Positions 36,367 to 48,081 are shown, numbered from the stretch's first letter. The stretch is DNA of 64,000 nucleotides from Escherichia coli (GCF_044647545.1 NZ_CP172818.1), one strand, 5' to 3'. A program made the numbers and translations. Notes: generated by a model from the letters alone, not told the origin.

Positions 36367-39300
36367 TACGCCTCCTCCAGGGTCATACCGGCAAACATCT
36401 CATCCATCAGGTCAATCAACCCGGCGTTGGGTCGGGTCGCGTAGATCCCTTGTTGCGGATGTTCTTTATCAACGCCACGCAGGAACAGATAAATAACGCC
36501 GCCAAAGTGGCGCTCATAGTCGTAATCAGCAATGCGATGGCGCAGATAACGGTGCAGCGCCAGGGTATAAAGCTGATATTGCAGATCATAGCGGTGCGCC
36601 TGCATTGCCGCTGCCATAGCCTGTTGGGTGTAAGCCGAACTGTCTTCACCCAGCCAGTTGGATTTATAGTCGAGCAGGTAATAACGCCCTTCGTGGCGGA
36701 ACACCAGGTCGATAAAGCCTTTTAACATGCCACGTACCTGCATGAACTCCAGCGGCGGGCAGCCAGCGGATAGCGGGTCAAACTGGCGAATTAGTGCATC
36801 AAGCTGACTGGCGATAAGCGGTTCACTAATCGGCAGGTAAAACTCCATCTCCACCTGTTTATCGCGATCGGAAAGCTGATTCAGGCTAACACCCGTTTCA
36901 TTGAGAGGTGCCTGGAGGACAGCCGTGATCCACTCAGTCAACACCGGTTCCCACTGCGGTTCAAAGCCGCCGAGCTCCAGTTTTTCCTGTACCCAGTTCG
37001 GGTCAACCGGCTGGGTAAAATCGAGGTCTTCAAACAAACTGTGCAAGAATGTCCCCGGTGACGCACCGCGCGGGAACTGATGCGGTGTTAACGTCGGTTC
37101 TTCAACGACGCTGACCACGCCTGCGGCATCAACATCCAACCGTGGCATCAGATCCTGAGCGATACCGTGACCACGCTGCTGCAAACCGGAGTAGCTGGTG
37201 ACACGCCAGTTATCGCCGGGCAATCGTTGTAGCGTCCTCGCATTCAGTTCTGCAGTTAATGCATCATTAACCTGCCAGGGCTGGTTATCACCAGTTTGTG
37301 CCGTTTGCCAGGCAATATCATCATCGCATAACGCTTCAATACAGGTGCGAAGCCCTGCCGCATCTTGCGGTTCCCCTTTTTGCAGCAAACGCCCGAGCGC
37401 ACTTTGGTGGACGTCGGTATCACCTTTTTTATCGCCACGACGGCGCACCAGCGGTGCAACGCCGAGACTGCAATGCCAAACCGAACGCGTCAGCGCCACG
37501 TAAAGCAAACGCAGATCTTCCGCCAGACGTTCGGCCTCCGCGAGGTCGACGCTTTCTGGCGCAGCATTAAGATCCAGAACAGCCTCAAACGAGTGGCGAT
37601 CGTGATAAAACGCCTGATCCTGGACGCGGAAATTGGTGATAAACGGCAGCCAGACCAATGGATATTCCAGCCCTTTCGATTTGTGGATCGTGACAATCTG
37701 CACGAGATGTTTATCACTTTCGAGACGCATTTGTTGGCTGGAGGCATTACTGTCTGGCTCGAGGATATGTTGCGATAACCAGCGTACCAGCGCATGTTCA
37801 CTTTCCAGCTGCGTGCCGGCTTCTTGTAGCAATTCGCTGATATGCAAGATATCGGTAAGACGCCGCTCACCGCCTGCTGTTGCCAGCAAGTTTTCTGCAA
37901 TGTTACGCGCCGACATCAGCGCCCGCAGCATCGGCATAACGCCACGTTTGCGCCAGATTTGCCGATAACCATCGAACTCTTCGACTACCGCATCCCACGC
38001 ATGTTCGTCATTATTCAGCGTTTCAATATCCAGCGCATTCAGCCCCATCATTGACGTTGCCAGCGCACTGCGCAGGGTGTTCTCACGTTCGGGTGTCATC
38101 ACCGCCTGCAACAGCCAAAGCATCTCCTGTGCTTCCAGAGTTTCAAAAACACTGTCGCGGTTCGAAAGGTAAACGGAAGGGATTTCCAGCAGCGTTAAGG
38201 CATCGCGCACCTGAGCGGCCTCCTGGCGGCTGCGCACCAGCACACTGATGTCCGAAGCACGCACCGGACGCGCGTCGTCGCCGTTCATCAGCAACGCTTC
38301 GCCCCGCTGTCCGGCTTGTAGCCAGTCGCGGATTTGCGCAGCACATACCTGCGCCATGGTACTTTGATAGTCGCCAACGCCGCAGCTTTCGCCTTCCATC
38401 AGCCACATTTTCATCGCAGGCTGCGTTTCACCTTTAAACACAAAACGTAACGCCTGATTTTTCCCGGCTGATTTCACTGGAATAAAAGGAATTTCGCGAA
38501 ACATGAACGCGTCATCAGTCTGACTGAAAAGTTTGTTAACGCTGTTCACCATTCCCGGTGCGGAACGCCAGTTGGTGTCTAAGGTGTAGTGGGCGTGAAC
38601 TTCGCTACGCGCCTTCATATAAGTGAAGATATCCGCACCCCGGAATGCATAAATGGCCTGTTTCGGGTCGCCAATCAGCAACAATGCGGTTTCCGGCTGA
38701 TGGTGCCAGATACGGCGAAAAATTCGGTACTGCTGGGGGTCGGTATCCTGAAATTCATCGATCATTGCCACCGGGAATCGCGTACGGATCGCCGCTGCCA
38801 ATACCTCGCCGCTTTCACTACGCAGCGCGGAATCGAGCCGACTTAACATGTCATCAAAACCCAATTCGCCACGGCGGCGTTTTTCACGCGCTACTGTTTC
38901 GCGGATCTCAGCTAATGCGCGAGTGATCACCAGATCGCGGATCGACAATGGTTCTGCAAGCAGTTGATCGATCGCCTCAAACAGTGGATGTCGCGGGGTT
39001 TCCCCCCGGCTTTCGTGCGATCTTCTAAGAAACGCTGAGAGAATTTTTCCAGCGACTCTGGCAACTGATAGCTGTTGGTCTCTTCTTCTGCCCAGGCGCT
39101 GATCTTGTCGATCCATTTAGCCTGATTGCTACGGTTAAACTTGCGTCGATCAATACCAGAAGATTCGATCAGCGCATCCAGTTCACCCACCGCGTCGCGC
39201 CACTGCTGTTTTACCGTATCAATACGCGCCACAATTTGCGCGTGGCGGGAAGCCAGCGTTTCATCATCGGGCGGCGGCGCTTTGATAACCGGCGCTTCGC

Positions 39301-39907
39301 CTTGCAGATAACGATTAATATCGCGCAGTAACGCCTGCGGCCCTTTCCAGGTTTCAAAGACGACCTGGGCAATTTCACGCGGCAGCGGGTAGCAGTGGCG
39401 ACGCCAGAAATCGGCGCAGGCCTGGTAACGTAGCAGAGACTCATCTTCAATCAGCTGCTGCTCAAACAGCATGCCGGATTCAAAGGCATTCAGGTTGAGC
39501 ATGCGCTGGCAAAAACCGTGAATAGTAAAGACTGCCGCTTCATCCATCTGCCGTTCGGCTAACAACAACCACTGCGCGGCTTGCGCTTTATCGTCGATCT
39601 CTTCCAGCAGGCGTTTGTACAGTGGATTGTCGGTGGTTTCACGCAGACAGGCGATGCGCAACTCGTGGATATTGCTACGGATACGACCGCGCAATTCTGC
39701 CGTGGCAGCCTCGGTAAAGGTGACCACCAGCAGTTCTTCAACGGTCAGCGGGCGGGGAAAGGCGGCAGAACCGCCTAGTCCAAGTAACAGGCGCAAATAG
39801 AGCGCCGCAATCGTAAAGGTTTTGCCTGTGCCGGCAGAGGCTTCAATCAGGCGCTCGCCCTGTAAGGGCAAGCGCAAAGGATCTAGTGTCTCGGCGACAT
39901 CACTCAT
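36366..39907 (-). pseudogene. recB: Exodeoxyribonuclease V beta subunit RecB, disrupted by a -1 frameshift (or a homopolymer sequencing error)
   Basis: Two overlapping same-strand ORFs, 38927-39916 (329 aa, RecB N-terminus with Walker A ASAGTGKTFT) and 36366-39116 (916 aa, rest of RecB). The frames switch at a run of 6 C at 39000-39005 (+ strand); 7 would give ...RTKAGGETPRHPLFEAIDQLL... in one frame. Total span is 3542 bp against 3543 bp expected for 1180 aa plus stop. Confidence 0.85.
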
Positions 39908-42788
39908 TCTTTTCACTCATCAGGGGCATTGTTTGCTGCAACGCGCTGACGTTCTCCCACACTTTCCAGCCTTCAGGATGCACATATTCGGCTTTCCCGT
40001 TCTGGCTGCCGGAAATCTGCGACAGAATAGCCATACCTTGCGGCTCGACCACCGCCTGATGGAAGAAATCAGCAAGTTTTTGCGGCGTCAGCAGTTTTAT
40101 CTGGGCCACGATTTTATCACGCGAATCGAAGCGCATATTGCCGCGATCGAAATCTTTACTTAACTTCGATGCTTCTTCGCCGAGCGTTTGCGGTGCCTGC
40201 AGCATCTGGGTAATTACCGCCTGCTGGATTTGCGCAAACTCTTCTGGCTTCATCGCCCGCAGTTTCGCTTCTGCGGTCGGGAAAAACGCCTTGTAACGCT
40301 CCCACAAGAATGAAGGCTGTTTATCATTGCTTTGCAACAGGAAGCCCATGCCCCACTGACGCCCCACGCTCATTGGAAACGCAAACACGGCATAGCCCAA
40401 CTGTTCTTCGGTACGCAACTGATTGTAGAACCACGGCTGTACGATCTGCCCCAACAGAGAACTATACGCTGAACTGGTGTATTCATCGTAGCCAGTCGGT
40501 ACAAATACCGCTGCCAGTGCGGAGTCGGTGCTGTTACCGGCTTTTTCAAAGATGACGGATTGTTTTTTATCGACCACGACATCTTTGTTACGACACCACT
40601 CCGAACCATCAGCGCCCAACTGTTTTTGCACATCGCGTGCCAGCGTTGTTGCCTGGGCCTCGGTCATGTTGCCGATAACCATAAACTCTGGTCGAGCCCC
40701 TGATTTTAAGGCGTCGCGATAGGCCAGAACTTCTTTCAAAGTAATGGAGGGCAAAATTTTGCGCCGTTCATCTCGCGAGAAGTATGGTACTTGCGAGAGC
40801 ATCTGCGCGGGCATAATCGCCTGCTCGAACGCTTTGCCCTTTTCTGCAGAATCCATCATCTGGTTATACCAGGACTTCGCCTGCTCAAGCTGATCTTCCG
40901 TAGCGGTATAGCTAAAGTACCCCTCGAGCAATGCCTGGAACAGCTGCGGCAGGCGCTGGGTGTAACCATTGGCATTAACCATAAGGCCGTTGTTAGCATT
41001 GGTGGAAAAACTTATGCCACCAACCGACGCCTGGTTGCTTAACTGATCAAGCGCCAGCCCTGCGAGATAATCATTGAGCGCAAACATCACCTGATTGCGG
41101 GCGCTATCCATGGCTTTTGGATTACGCAAAATCAGGCTGACATCAGCTTTGGGTTCGCTGGAAAAATAACGGCTTGGCGCATACACCACACGCAGATTCG
41201 ACTCATCAACAATCAGCTCTGGATGGTCATATTTCTTCTCTGACTTAATCAGCGAGAAATCGTCAGGAATATAGGGGTTAAGCTCTGGCAAAGAGAGCGC
41301 AATGTCGGCGGCTTTTTTCTGCCAGTCAGCGAAAGTTTGTGCGCTAATTTTATCGACCTGATACGGCGCATCGACAAAGTAAGCCGTTTTGTTGTGCGGC
41401 TCTTTCGGGCTGATATACCAGATACGCGCATTCTGCGGCGTCATCATCGCCAGGCGTTCTTTTACTGCTTTAGCGTCGTACCGATCGGCAATATTGACTG
41501 CATCCAGCGTATGCTCAACAGGAACGCGAATCATGGTATCTGCCAGCCATTCGACGTAATCCATATCACGGGTGATTGACGGATAACGGAAGTCGATATC
41601 CAGCACATTCGCCAGTTCATCGAAGTATTGTTTATCAATCCCTTTTTCGCGTAACAGATTGAGGTAGCTAAAAATGGCCGCCACAACCTGATCGCGATTC
41701 GCCAGACCTTTATCGGTTAAAGACGCAGAGATCGCTAATACGCCGCTGTTGCCGTTGACGATAGGATCGGAATTGGCGCTAATACCCTCAACTAATCCCT
41801 GCTTTTGCAGCCAGTCAGAAAGTGTACCTGGGCTGCGATTACCAATCAGATAGGTAATCAATTCATCCGTTTTACTACGGAACTTCGCTGAATTGTTATC
41901 GATGCGAAACTCAACGCGCAGAACTTTACGCGGCAACGCCGGGACGTAATGAATGATAATGCCCTTTTGCGCGTCGGTGACTACCGGCACGGTGATTTCC
42001 GGTTTTTTGCTCTCTTTGTTCGGCACGCGACCAAAGGTGTCCGCCGCCATTTTCGCCAACTCCGGCAACGGTTTATTGCTGTAAATAACCGCCTTCATCA
42101 GATTGGCGGAATAGTACTTCTCGTGGAAATCTTTCAGCGCCTGCTGTACCGGATTACCTGGTTTGTCGCTTAAAGTTTCGAGGTTACCACCAGAAAACTT
42201 TGAACCGGGGTGTGCCGGGTTAATGGTTTCTGCGCTGACCTGTGCCATGCGCATCCCGTCACGCGTACGCGCCATGGTTAATTCGGCATTCACTGCATTA
42301 CGTTCACGTTCGGCGTATTTCTTGTCGAGCAAGGGTTCTGCAATAGCATCGGCCAGGCGGTCTACCGCACCGGGTAAGGCATCGTTCTCAACTTCCAGAT
42401 AGAAAGCCGTGCGATACGGTGCCGTGCTGGCATTGTGACTGCCACCGTGCATTTTGAGATATTCGGCCAGACTGTCAGCCTGCGGGTACTTTTTCGACCC
42501 CATCAGACTCATGTGTTCAAGGTAATGCGCCAGCCCCTGATACGCCTCGGGATCTTCCAGCGACCCAACGGGCACCACCAGCGCCGAGAGCGATTTAACC
42601 GCCTGCGGATCAGAAACCAGCAAGACCACCATACCGTTATCCAGACGTATAGCCTGATACTGGCGGTTATCTTTATCACTTTTACGGATGGTTTCCTGAA
42701 TCGGCTGCCATCCCGTTTCTGCCTGACTTAAGGGTGCCCAAAGGGCAACAAACAACAATAATGCTTTGAACCAGATGCTGCGGGGCAT
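39900..42788 (-). CDS. ptrA: Protease III (pitrilysin), periplasmic M16 zinc metalloprotease
   Basis: 962-aa ORF with signal peptide and inverted zinc-binding motif HYLEH; recognised as PtrA; 3' end overlaps the recB start by 8 nt. Confidence 0.92.
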   Translation of the reverse strand: MPRSIWFKALLLFVALWAPLSQAETGWQPIQETIRKSDKDNRQYQAIRLDNGMVVLLVSDPQAVKSLSALVVPVGSLEDPEAYQGLAHYLEHMSLMGSKKYPQADSLAEYLKMHGGSHNASTAPYRTAFYLEVENDALPGAVDRLADAIAEPLLDKKYAERERNAVNAELTMARTRDGMRMAQVSAETINPAHPGSKFSGGNLETLSDKPGNPVQQALKDFHEKYYSANLMKAVIYSNKPLPELAKMAADTFGRVPNKESKKPEITVPVVTDAQKGIIIHYVPALPRKVLRVEFRIDNNSAKFRSKTDELITYLIGNRSPGTLSDWLQKQGLVEGISANSDPIVNGNSGVLAISASLTDKGLANRDQVVAAIFSYLNLLREKGIDKQYFDELANVLDIDFRYPSITRDMDYVEWLADTMIRVPVEHTLDAVNIADRYDAKAVKERLAMMTPQNARIWYISPKEPHNKTAYFVDAPYQVDKISAQTFADWQKKAADIALSLPELNPYIPDDFSLIKSEKKYDHPELIVDESNLRVVYAPSRYFSSEPKADVSLILRNPKAMDSARNQVMFALNDYLAGLALDQLSNQASVGGISFSTNANNGLMVNANGYTQRLPQLFQALLEGYFSYTATEDQLEQAKSWYNQMMDSAEKGKAFEQAIMPAQMLSQVPYFSRDERRKILPSITLKEVLAYRDALKSGARPEFMVIGNMTEAQATTLARDVQKQLGADGSEWCRNKDVVVDKKQSVIFEKAGNSTDSALAAVFVPTGYDEYTSSAYSSLLGQIVQPWFYNQLRTEEQLGYAVFAFPMSVGRQWGMGFLLQSNDKQPSFLWERYKAFFPTAEAKLRAMKPEEFAQIQQAVITQMLQAPQTLGEEASKLSKDFDRGNMRFDSRDKIVAQIKLLTPQKLADFFHQAVVEPQGMAILSQISGSQNGKAEYVHPEGWKVWENVSALQQTMPLMSEKNE

Positions 42789-42963
42789 TCACGGACCTCA
42801 TAATCAACTTTATTTTCTGGCCAGATTCAACAGGTTAACGCAAATCATCTGCCAGAATTTAATCTTGTGCTGCACGAGTCAGCCTATGTCTATATATCCA
42901 TCAGTCCGTGACTGGTGCGCATCATAAAGCAAGCAGATATATTGCGCAATTTTTATACAGCAC

Positions 42964-45900
42964 TCATGACTGATTAAAGCGAAACAGCGGTAACAGGAAA
43001 CGTTGCGACTGTTCAACGATGGCCTCCATTGTCTCTGGTGTTAATTGCCGCCAGAGCCGTTGATACCAGATATCATCACCTTCGCCACGCACCATCATGT
43101 TGCCTTCGTAAGCCTGAAGGAATTTCGTTCGGGCTTTTTGCAACGTGGAATCGTCATCCAGCATGGCATCGTTTTGCGCGTCATAACAGGTTTTTAGCCA
43201 CGCGCCGCCACTTTCAGGTAACACCAGCAATGGCGCGGACATTCCTTCACGATACCCCTCAATCAGTTGTGAGAGGTAATGCAAAGCCTGTTCGGCTGCA
43301 AGCGGCGGAAAACGCCACTCGCCGTCTTTGCGTAGAAAAAGGCGACTTTCACCATTACCACCGCTGGCACAGTAGACAAGGTGTTCCAGCCAAAGTTGCA
43401 TTCCCTGCGCCACACTTAATAAAGAGGGACGCCAGCGCAACAGGCCATCCGGCTGCACCTGCGGCAACCAGCCAGTTATCTGCACACCGTTGCAGGCGAG
43501 ATCAATCTCCATACTCTGCCCTGGCTGGCGACAGGCAATGACTCTGTCGGCAAGTTGCTGCATCTCCTGACACTGCGTTTCCCAGAAAATTTCACCAAAG
43601 GCACCATACGGCAAATCACCTGCCGCCCGGAATCGGCGGAACAAGCGTTCGGCATCATCCTGCTCAACCAGTGCATTTAATAACTGCTGGTTGATTTGAT
43701 AACGACTAAGCCCTTCAAGAATAAAAGGTTCGGTGTCGGGAATTTCGCTGTCTTCGGTACGGAAGTTCACCTGCAAACGCATCTGGAAAAACGCCCGCAC
43801 CGGATGCGCCCAGAATCGTTGTAGCGTCTCCAGCGGCACAGTTTCCGGCAAGGTAAACGGCAGCGGCTGAACAAATTCAGAATGTGCTTTACCAGCCTGG
43901 CTGGCCGCAGGTAGCCACTCGCGCGCATAGCTTTGTCGTTCGCCTGGCTGGTAGTTTTGTGGATCAAACGGCATTCGGGTATGGAGGCAAGTAAGATGCG
44001 CTTTTACCCTTGCCTCGCTTTCATCACAGTTGAGCGCTTCATCTCCCGGTAGATAATGGCTTTGCCCGATGTAGTCGATCAGTTCCTGCACCAGTACCGA
44101 CGGGAAACGTTCACTGTTATCCTGAATGGAACGCCCGATATAGCTGATATAGAGTTTTTGCTGCGCGGAAATTAACGCTTCCAGGAACAGATAGCGGTCG
44201 TCATCGCGACGGCTACGGTCGCCACGCTTCGGTTTCTGGCTCATCAGGTCAAAGCCCAATGGCGCAAGCTGGCGTGGATAAACGCCATCGTTCATTCCCA
44301 GCAGGCAAACCACTTTGAATGGGATGGAACGCATTGGCATCAGAGTACAAATGTTAACCGGTCCGGCGAGAAAACGCTGGCTGATACGTTCCTGATCCAG
44401 GCGCTGTGCCAGTTCATCACGCAATAGTGACAGCGGCACCGCGTCGCCATACTGCGCACCTAAACCTTCGGCGATAATCGCCTGCCATTGTTGTTCGATC
44501 AGCGTCATCGCCGCTTCGGTTTCCGCATCCGGCAGGAAGAAGGCGTTGAGCATATCGCGACAAACCGGCAACCACTCTTCCAGCGGACGCTCCTGCGCCA
44601 GCCCGCGACGCCAGATGTTTAGCTGCATTAGCAGTGAAGCCAGATGCCCCACCAGTTCTGCAATTAAGCCGCTCGATTCATCATAAGGTAGAACCGATTG
44701 CCACTCGCCCTGCGCGCTCTCCATCGCGTAGCCCAGCAACATGCGCGTCAGGCCAAACCGCCAGGTGTGTTGACCGGTAGCGGGGAGTTCCAGCTCGCGA
44801 ACGTTGTCGTCATCTATCCCCCAACGAATTCCGGACTCGTTGACCCACTGGCGTAAATAACGCAGCCCTTCTTCGGTGATGTCAAACCGCGCCGCCAGCA
44901 CCGGCACATCCAGTAATGCCAGAACGTCCTCCGACACAAAGCGGCTGTCTGGCAACGATAACAGGCTGATAAACGCTTCAAGTACAGGATGCGACTGCCG
45001 CGCCCGACGGTCGGAAATGGCGTAAGGTAGGTAACGATCCGCAGGTGCGCTACCAAACACAGCCTGAATAAACGGACTGTAGCTGTCGATGTCGGCCACC
45101 ATCACAATGATGTCGCGCGGAGTAAGTGTCGGATCTTCTTCCAACATCGCCAGCAGGCGATCGTGTAAAACTTCAACTTCACGCTGTGGGCTATGGCAAA
45201 CGTGGAAGGTGATACTGCTATCCAGTGGATCAAGCGGGCGTTTGTTATCGCTACGGGAAAACTCTTCGATGTTCACACCCGCAACGGCGCGGTTTTCCAG
45301 TTCCAGAATGTCAGACTGAATGTTATGCAGCAGGTTATCTGGCGTCACATCGACAAAAGCGTCCAGCTCCTGGCTGCTCTCCAGATCAGAAAGGAGATAA
45401 ATGTAGTCGCGTCCAAGCTTGCCCCATGAGGCCAGCAGCGGGTTGCCGACATCCTGTTCACCATCGCTGTTAAAGAGCTGCCCGGCATTTTCGCTGTCGC
45501 GAAATAGCGGTAATTCGCGATCTTCAAAACTGTGTCGGCGCTGGCGAGTCAGCAGTTTCGCCAGATAAGCAGGATCTTTAATGTCGCCCCAGTAATAACG
45601 GCAGGGGTTGGTAAACAGGAGATGGATTTCAATATGTTTACCCAGCGCCTGTAGCGCCTGGAGATAAACAGGCGGTAACGCGGAAATACCGCATATAAAG
45701 ACGCGCGAAGGTAGCCCCGGCGGGCAGGTCGTCGCGGACTCCAGCGTTTCGATAAAGCGCTGATAGAGATTGGCGCGGTGCCAGCGCGGTTGCCCGAGTT
45801 GATGGGTATATTCCACCAACGCCTTCCACAACGGCGCTTGCCAGGCCTGTGCTTCTCCCAGCCCTTCAACCAAATGTCCTGTTTCCCACTGTGCCAGCCA

Positions 45901-46332
45901 GTCCGGACGATAGACCAGATACTGGTCAAACAGGTCCGCCGCTTTTGAAGAAAGCTGGAACAGTTTTCGCTTGTCGCTATCGTCAGTCAGATAATGCCGC
46001 AACAGGGTAAAGTCTTCGCGATCCAGCAATTGCGGCAACAGAGTCATCAGTTTCCAGCTCATGCTCTGTTTGTTAAAGGCGCTCTCTTTGGGGATCTCCG
46101 ATAACACCCGGACGAACATATCCCAGATAAAGCTCGCAGGCAGCGGAAAATCAATGTTTGCCGCAATACCAAACTTTTGCGACAGGGTCATTTGCAGCCA
46201 CTGCGCCATACCGGTACTTTGCACCAGAATCATCTCTGGTTCGAAAGGATCGTCCAGCCGTTCGCGTTCGACAATAAACTCCATCAACGCTTCCAGCACG
46301 TCCAGACGATTGGAATGGTAGACCCTTAACAT
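42964..46332 (-). CDS. recC: Exodeoxyribonuclease V gamma subunit
   Basis: 1122-aa ORF recognised as RecC. Confidence 0.92.
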   Translation of the reverse strand: MLRVYHSNRLDVLEALMEFIVERERLDDPFEPEMILVQSTGMAQWLQMTLSQKFGIAANIDFPLPASFIWDMFVRVLSEIPKESAFNKQSMSWKLMTLLPQLLDREDFTLLRHYLTDDSDKRKLFQLSSKAADLFDQYLVYRPDWLAQWETGHLVEGLGEAQAWQAPLWKALVEYTHQLGQPRWHRANLYQRFIETLESATTCPPGLPSRVFICGISALPPVYLQALQALGKHIEIHLLFTNPCRYYWGDIKDPAYLAKLLTRQRRHSFEDRELPLFRDSENAGQLFNSDGEQDVGNPLLASWGKLGRDYIYLLSDLESSQELDAFVDVTPDNLLHNIQSDILELENRAVAGVNIEEFSRSDNKRPLDPLDSSITFHVCHSPQREVEVLHDRLLAMLEEDPTLTPRDIIVMVADIDSYSPFIQAVFGSAPADRYLPYAISDRRARQSHPVLEAFISLLSLPDSRFVSEDVLALLDVPVLAARFDITEEGLRYLRQWVNESGIRWGIDDDNVRELELPATGQHTWRFGLTRMLLGYAMESAQGEWQSVLPYDESSGLIAELVGHLASLLMQLNIWRRGLAQERPLEEWLPVCRDMLNAFFLPDAETEAAMTLIEQQWQAIIAEGLGAQYGDAVPLSLLRDELAQRLDQERISQRFLAGPVNICTLMPMRSIPFKVVCLLGMNDGVYPRQLAPLGFDLMSQKPKRGDRSRRDDDRYLFLEALISAQQKLYISYIGRSIQDNSERFPSVLVQELIDYIGQSHYLPGDEALNCDESEARVKAHLTCLHTRMPFDPQNYQPGERQSYAREWLPAASQAGKAHSEFVQPLPFTLPETVPLETLQRFWAHPVRAFFQMRLQVNFRTEDSEIPDTEPFILEGLSRYQINQQLLNALVEQDDAERLFRRFRAAGDLPYGAFGEIFWETQCQEMQQLADRVIACRQPGQSMEIDLACNGVQITGWLPQVQPDGLLRWRPSLLSVAQGMQLWLEHLVYCASGGNGESRLFLRKDGEWRFPPLAAEQALHYLSQLIEGYREGMSAPLLVLPESGGAWLKTCYDAQNDAMLDDDSTLQKARTKFLQAYEGNMMVRGEGDDIWYQRLWRQLTPETMEAIVEQSQRFLLPLFRFNQS

Positions 46333-46344
46333 AGCGGCTCCTGA

Positions 46345-46668
46345 CTACTGACGATTCGGGCAATGCAGGCGGGTCATCTCGCCTTCTCTGCCCCCGGGTG
46401 AAACTAGCGTAACGCTGATGCTGACACATCCCGCCTGCGATGTCTGCATTCGGTTGACCTGCCAGTTGGCAGGTGGCGAAATCGCACGCAGTTGCGTTTG
46501 CTGCCAGCCATGCCGCCAGAGCTGTTGGTACTGGTTTCTGCTGGCAAGACTGTTCATTAATGTTCGCTGGAAACCCGATAACGCAGTGACAATCATCACC
46601 ATCAACACCATCGCCAACATTACCTCCGGCAGGCTAAAGCCTTGTTGATTCTTCAGGGAAGCTGACAT
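46345..46668 (-). CDS. ppdC: Prepilin peptidase-dependent protein C (minor pseudopilin-like)
   Basis: ORF-track ORF 46345-46755; the 107-aa form starts [27 protein letters not shown] (prepilin-type N-terminal motif). Confidence 0.8.
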   Translation of the reverse strand: MSASLKNQQGFSLPEVMLAMVLMVMIVTALSGFQRTLMNSLASRNQYQQLWRHGWQQTQLRAISPPANWQVNRMQTSQAGCVSISVTLVSPGGREGEMTRLHCPNRQ

Positions 46669-47060
46669 AACGCCCTCTCTTTCAGCGGACAAAAATCGCT
46701 CCAGCCGCGTGGCGAAAAAACAATGTTTCCATCGATGACTTCGCCTGTTCGCCACAACGAAACGCCTTCATAACCGGCAATCAATAAAGCCTCATTATCT
46801 GCCAATAAACGCAGACAAACCCGGGCACCGGTGGCAGCGTACAGTAAGCACTGAACTGCTGGCTGCGTCTGCCAGGAGTGCATTTTTCCCCACTCCAGCG
46901 CCGACTGAACGATGGCATGGCGGCGCAATGACTGACTTTCCATGCTCACGCGAGAGGCAAAACTGCGATCCTGTTGGCTCATTCCTTGTAATAGCAAGCT
47001 ACCCAAAATCAGCAGCATCAGGACCAGAGCCAGTGACGAGACACCCTTTTCGCGGTTCAC
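46653..47060 (-). CDS. ygdB: DUF2509 protein YgdB
   Basis: 135-aa ORF with N-terminal hydrophobic segment; overlaps ppdC and ppdB ends. Confidence 0.8.
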   Translation of the reverse strand: MNREKGVSSLALVLMLLILGSLLLQGMSQQDRSFASRVSMESQSLRRHAIVQSALEWGKMHSWQTQPAVQCLLYAATGARVCLRLLADNEALLIAGYEGVSLWRTGEVIDGNIVFSPRGWSDFCPLKERALCQLP

Positions 47061-47620
47061 AGGTTGGATCCTGTCACGCTATAGCTGGCATCCACCACGG
47101 TTTGCGGATCAGCCTTGCTGGCAGCGTGCATATTAACCGTCAACACCGGCGAGAAGCCGCTGACATCCTGACGTACGACCTGAAAAGTGTCGATAATGAT
47201 GGCATCCGGATTAGTGACTTTATCCCAGCCCTTACCTTCACAGGATGTCGCACCGCGTAGCGTTTCCAGCACATGCTCCTTCAGACGAAATCCAATCTGG
47301 TCGGACTCTTTTACCGGTTCGCGATCCCAGATACCGTTACTGTTCGCATCCCACTGCACAATGACACAGTCACCCTGTCCGACAATTTCCAGCCCTTCGC
47401 CGGTACAGCTGCCATGACAATAACCCGCCCTCTGGAGATGCTTCGCAACGGTAAATACCCGCAGCCAGATTTCATCTTCCAGCGCCAGCTTACGGGTGCT
47501 CGTTAAACTGTCACGCTGTAACGCAGGCAGAAAGCGTGCAGCCCCCAGCAACAATACGCTACTGATCGCCATAGCAATCAACACTTCCAGCAGAGAAAAA
47601 CCTTGCTCTTTTACAGGCAT
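47057..47620 (-). CDS. ppdB: Prepilin peptidase-dependent protein B
   Basis: ORF-track ORF 47057-47860; the 187-aa form starts [27 protein letters not shown] (prepilin-type N-terminus). Confidence 0.8.
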
Positions 47621-48081
47621 CCTTCTGTTTCTCCTTGCTGACAAAGCCGGAGTCTTCCCCACGGCGAAACCACCAGCCACCACTCGCCCGTTGAGTTTTT
47701 GAAGCGAATATGCCCGGCCCATGCGGTATTGCGCAGGCCAAAGAAAGCAAGCGAAGGTGTCAGATCGCTCATTTCGACTTCGGGCCAGCGTGGCACAAAG
47801 ACCAATGGTGAACTGCCATGACAGGTATTGGCCCCAGCAGCGGAACTCACAAGGCACCATAACGTCCCCTCCCTGATAACACTGATACTGTGGTCGCGGT
47901 TATGCCAGTTGGCATCTTCACGTAAATAGAGCAAATAGTCCCGCGCCTGGCTGGCGGTTTGCCAAAGCCGTTGCGACTGCTGCCAATATTGCCAGCCATA
48001 GAGCCCACTTGCGCTTAGCATGACCAGAATCAGCATCGCGACCAGCGTTTCAATCAGCGTATAACCACGTTGTGTTTTCAT
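47611..48081 (-). CDS. ppdA: Prepilin peptidase-dependent protein A
   Basis: 156-aa ORF starting [22 protein letters not shown] (prepilin-type N-terminus). Confidence 0.85.

Noticed and set aside
34540-46332. recD-recB-ptrA-recC cluster as a novel defence locus
   Set aside because: This is the canonical, conserved RecBCD/protease III locus of E. coli with no accessory genes inserted.
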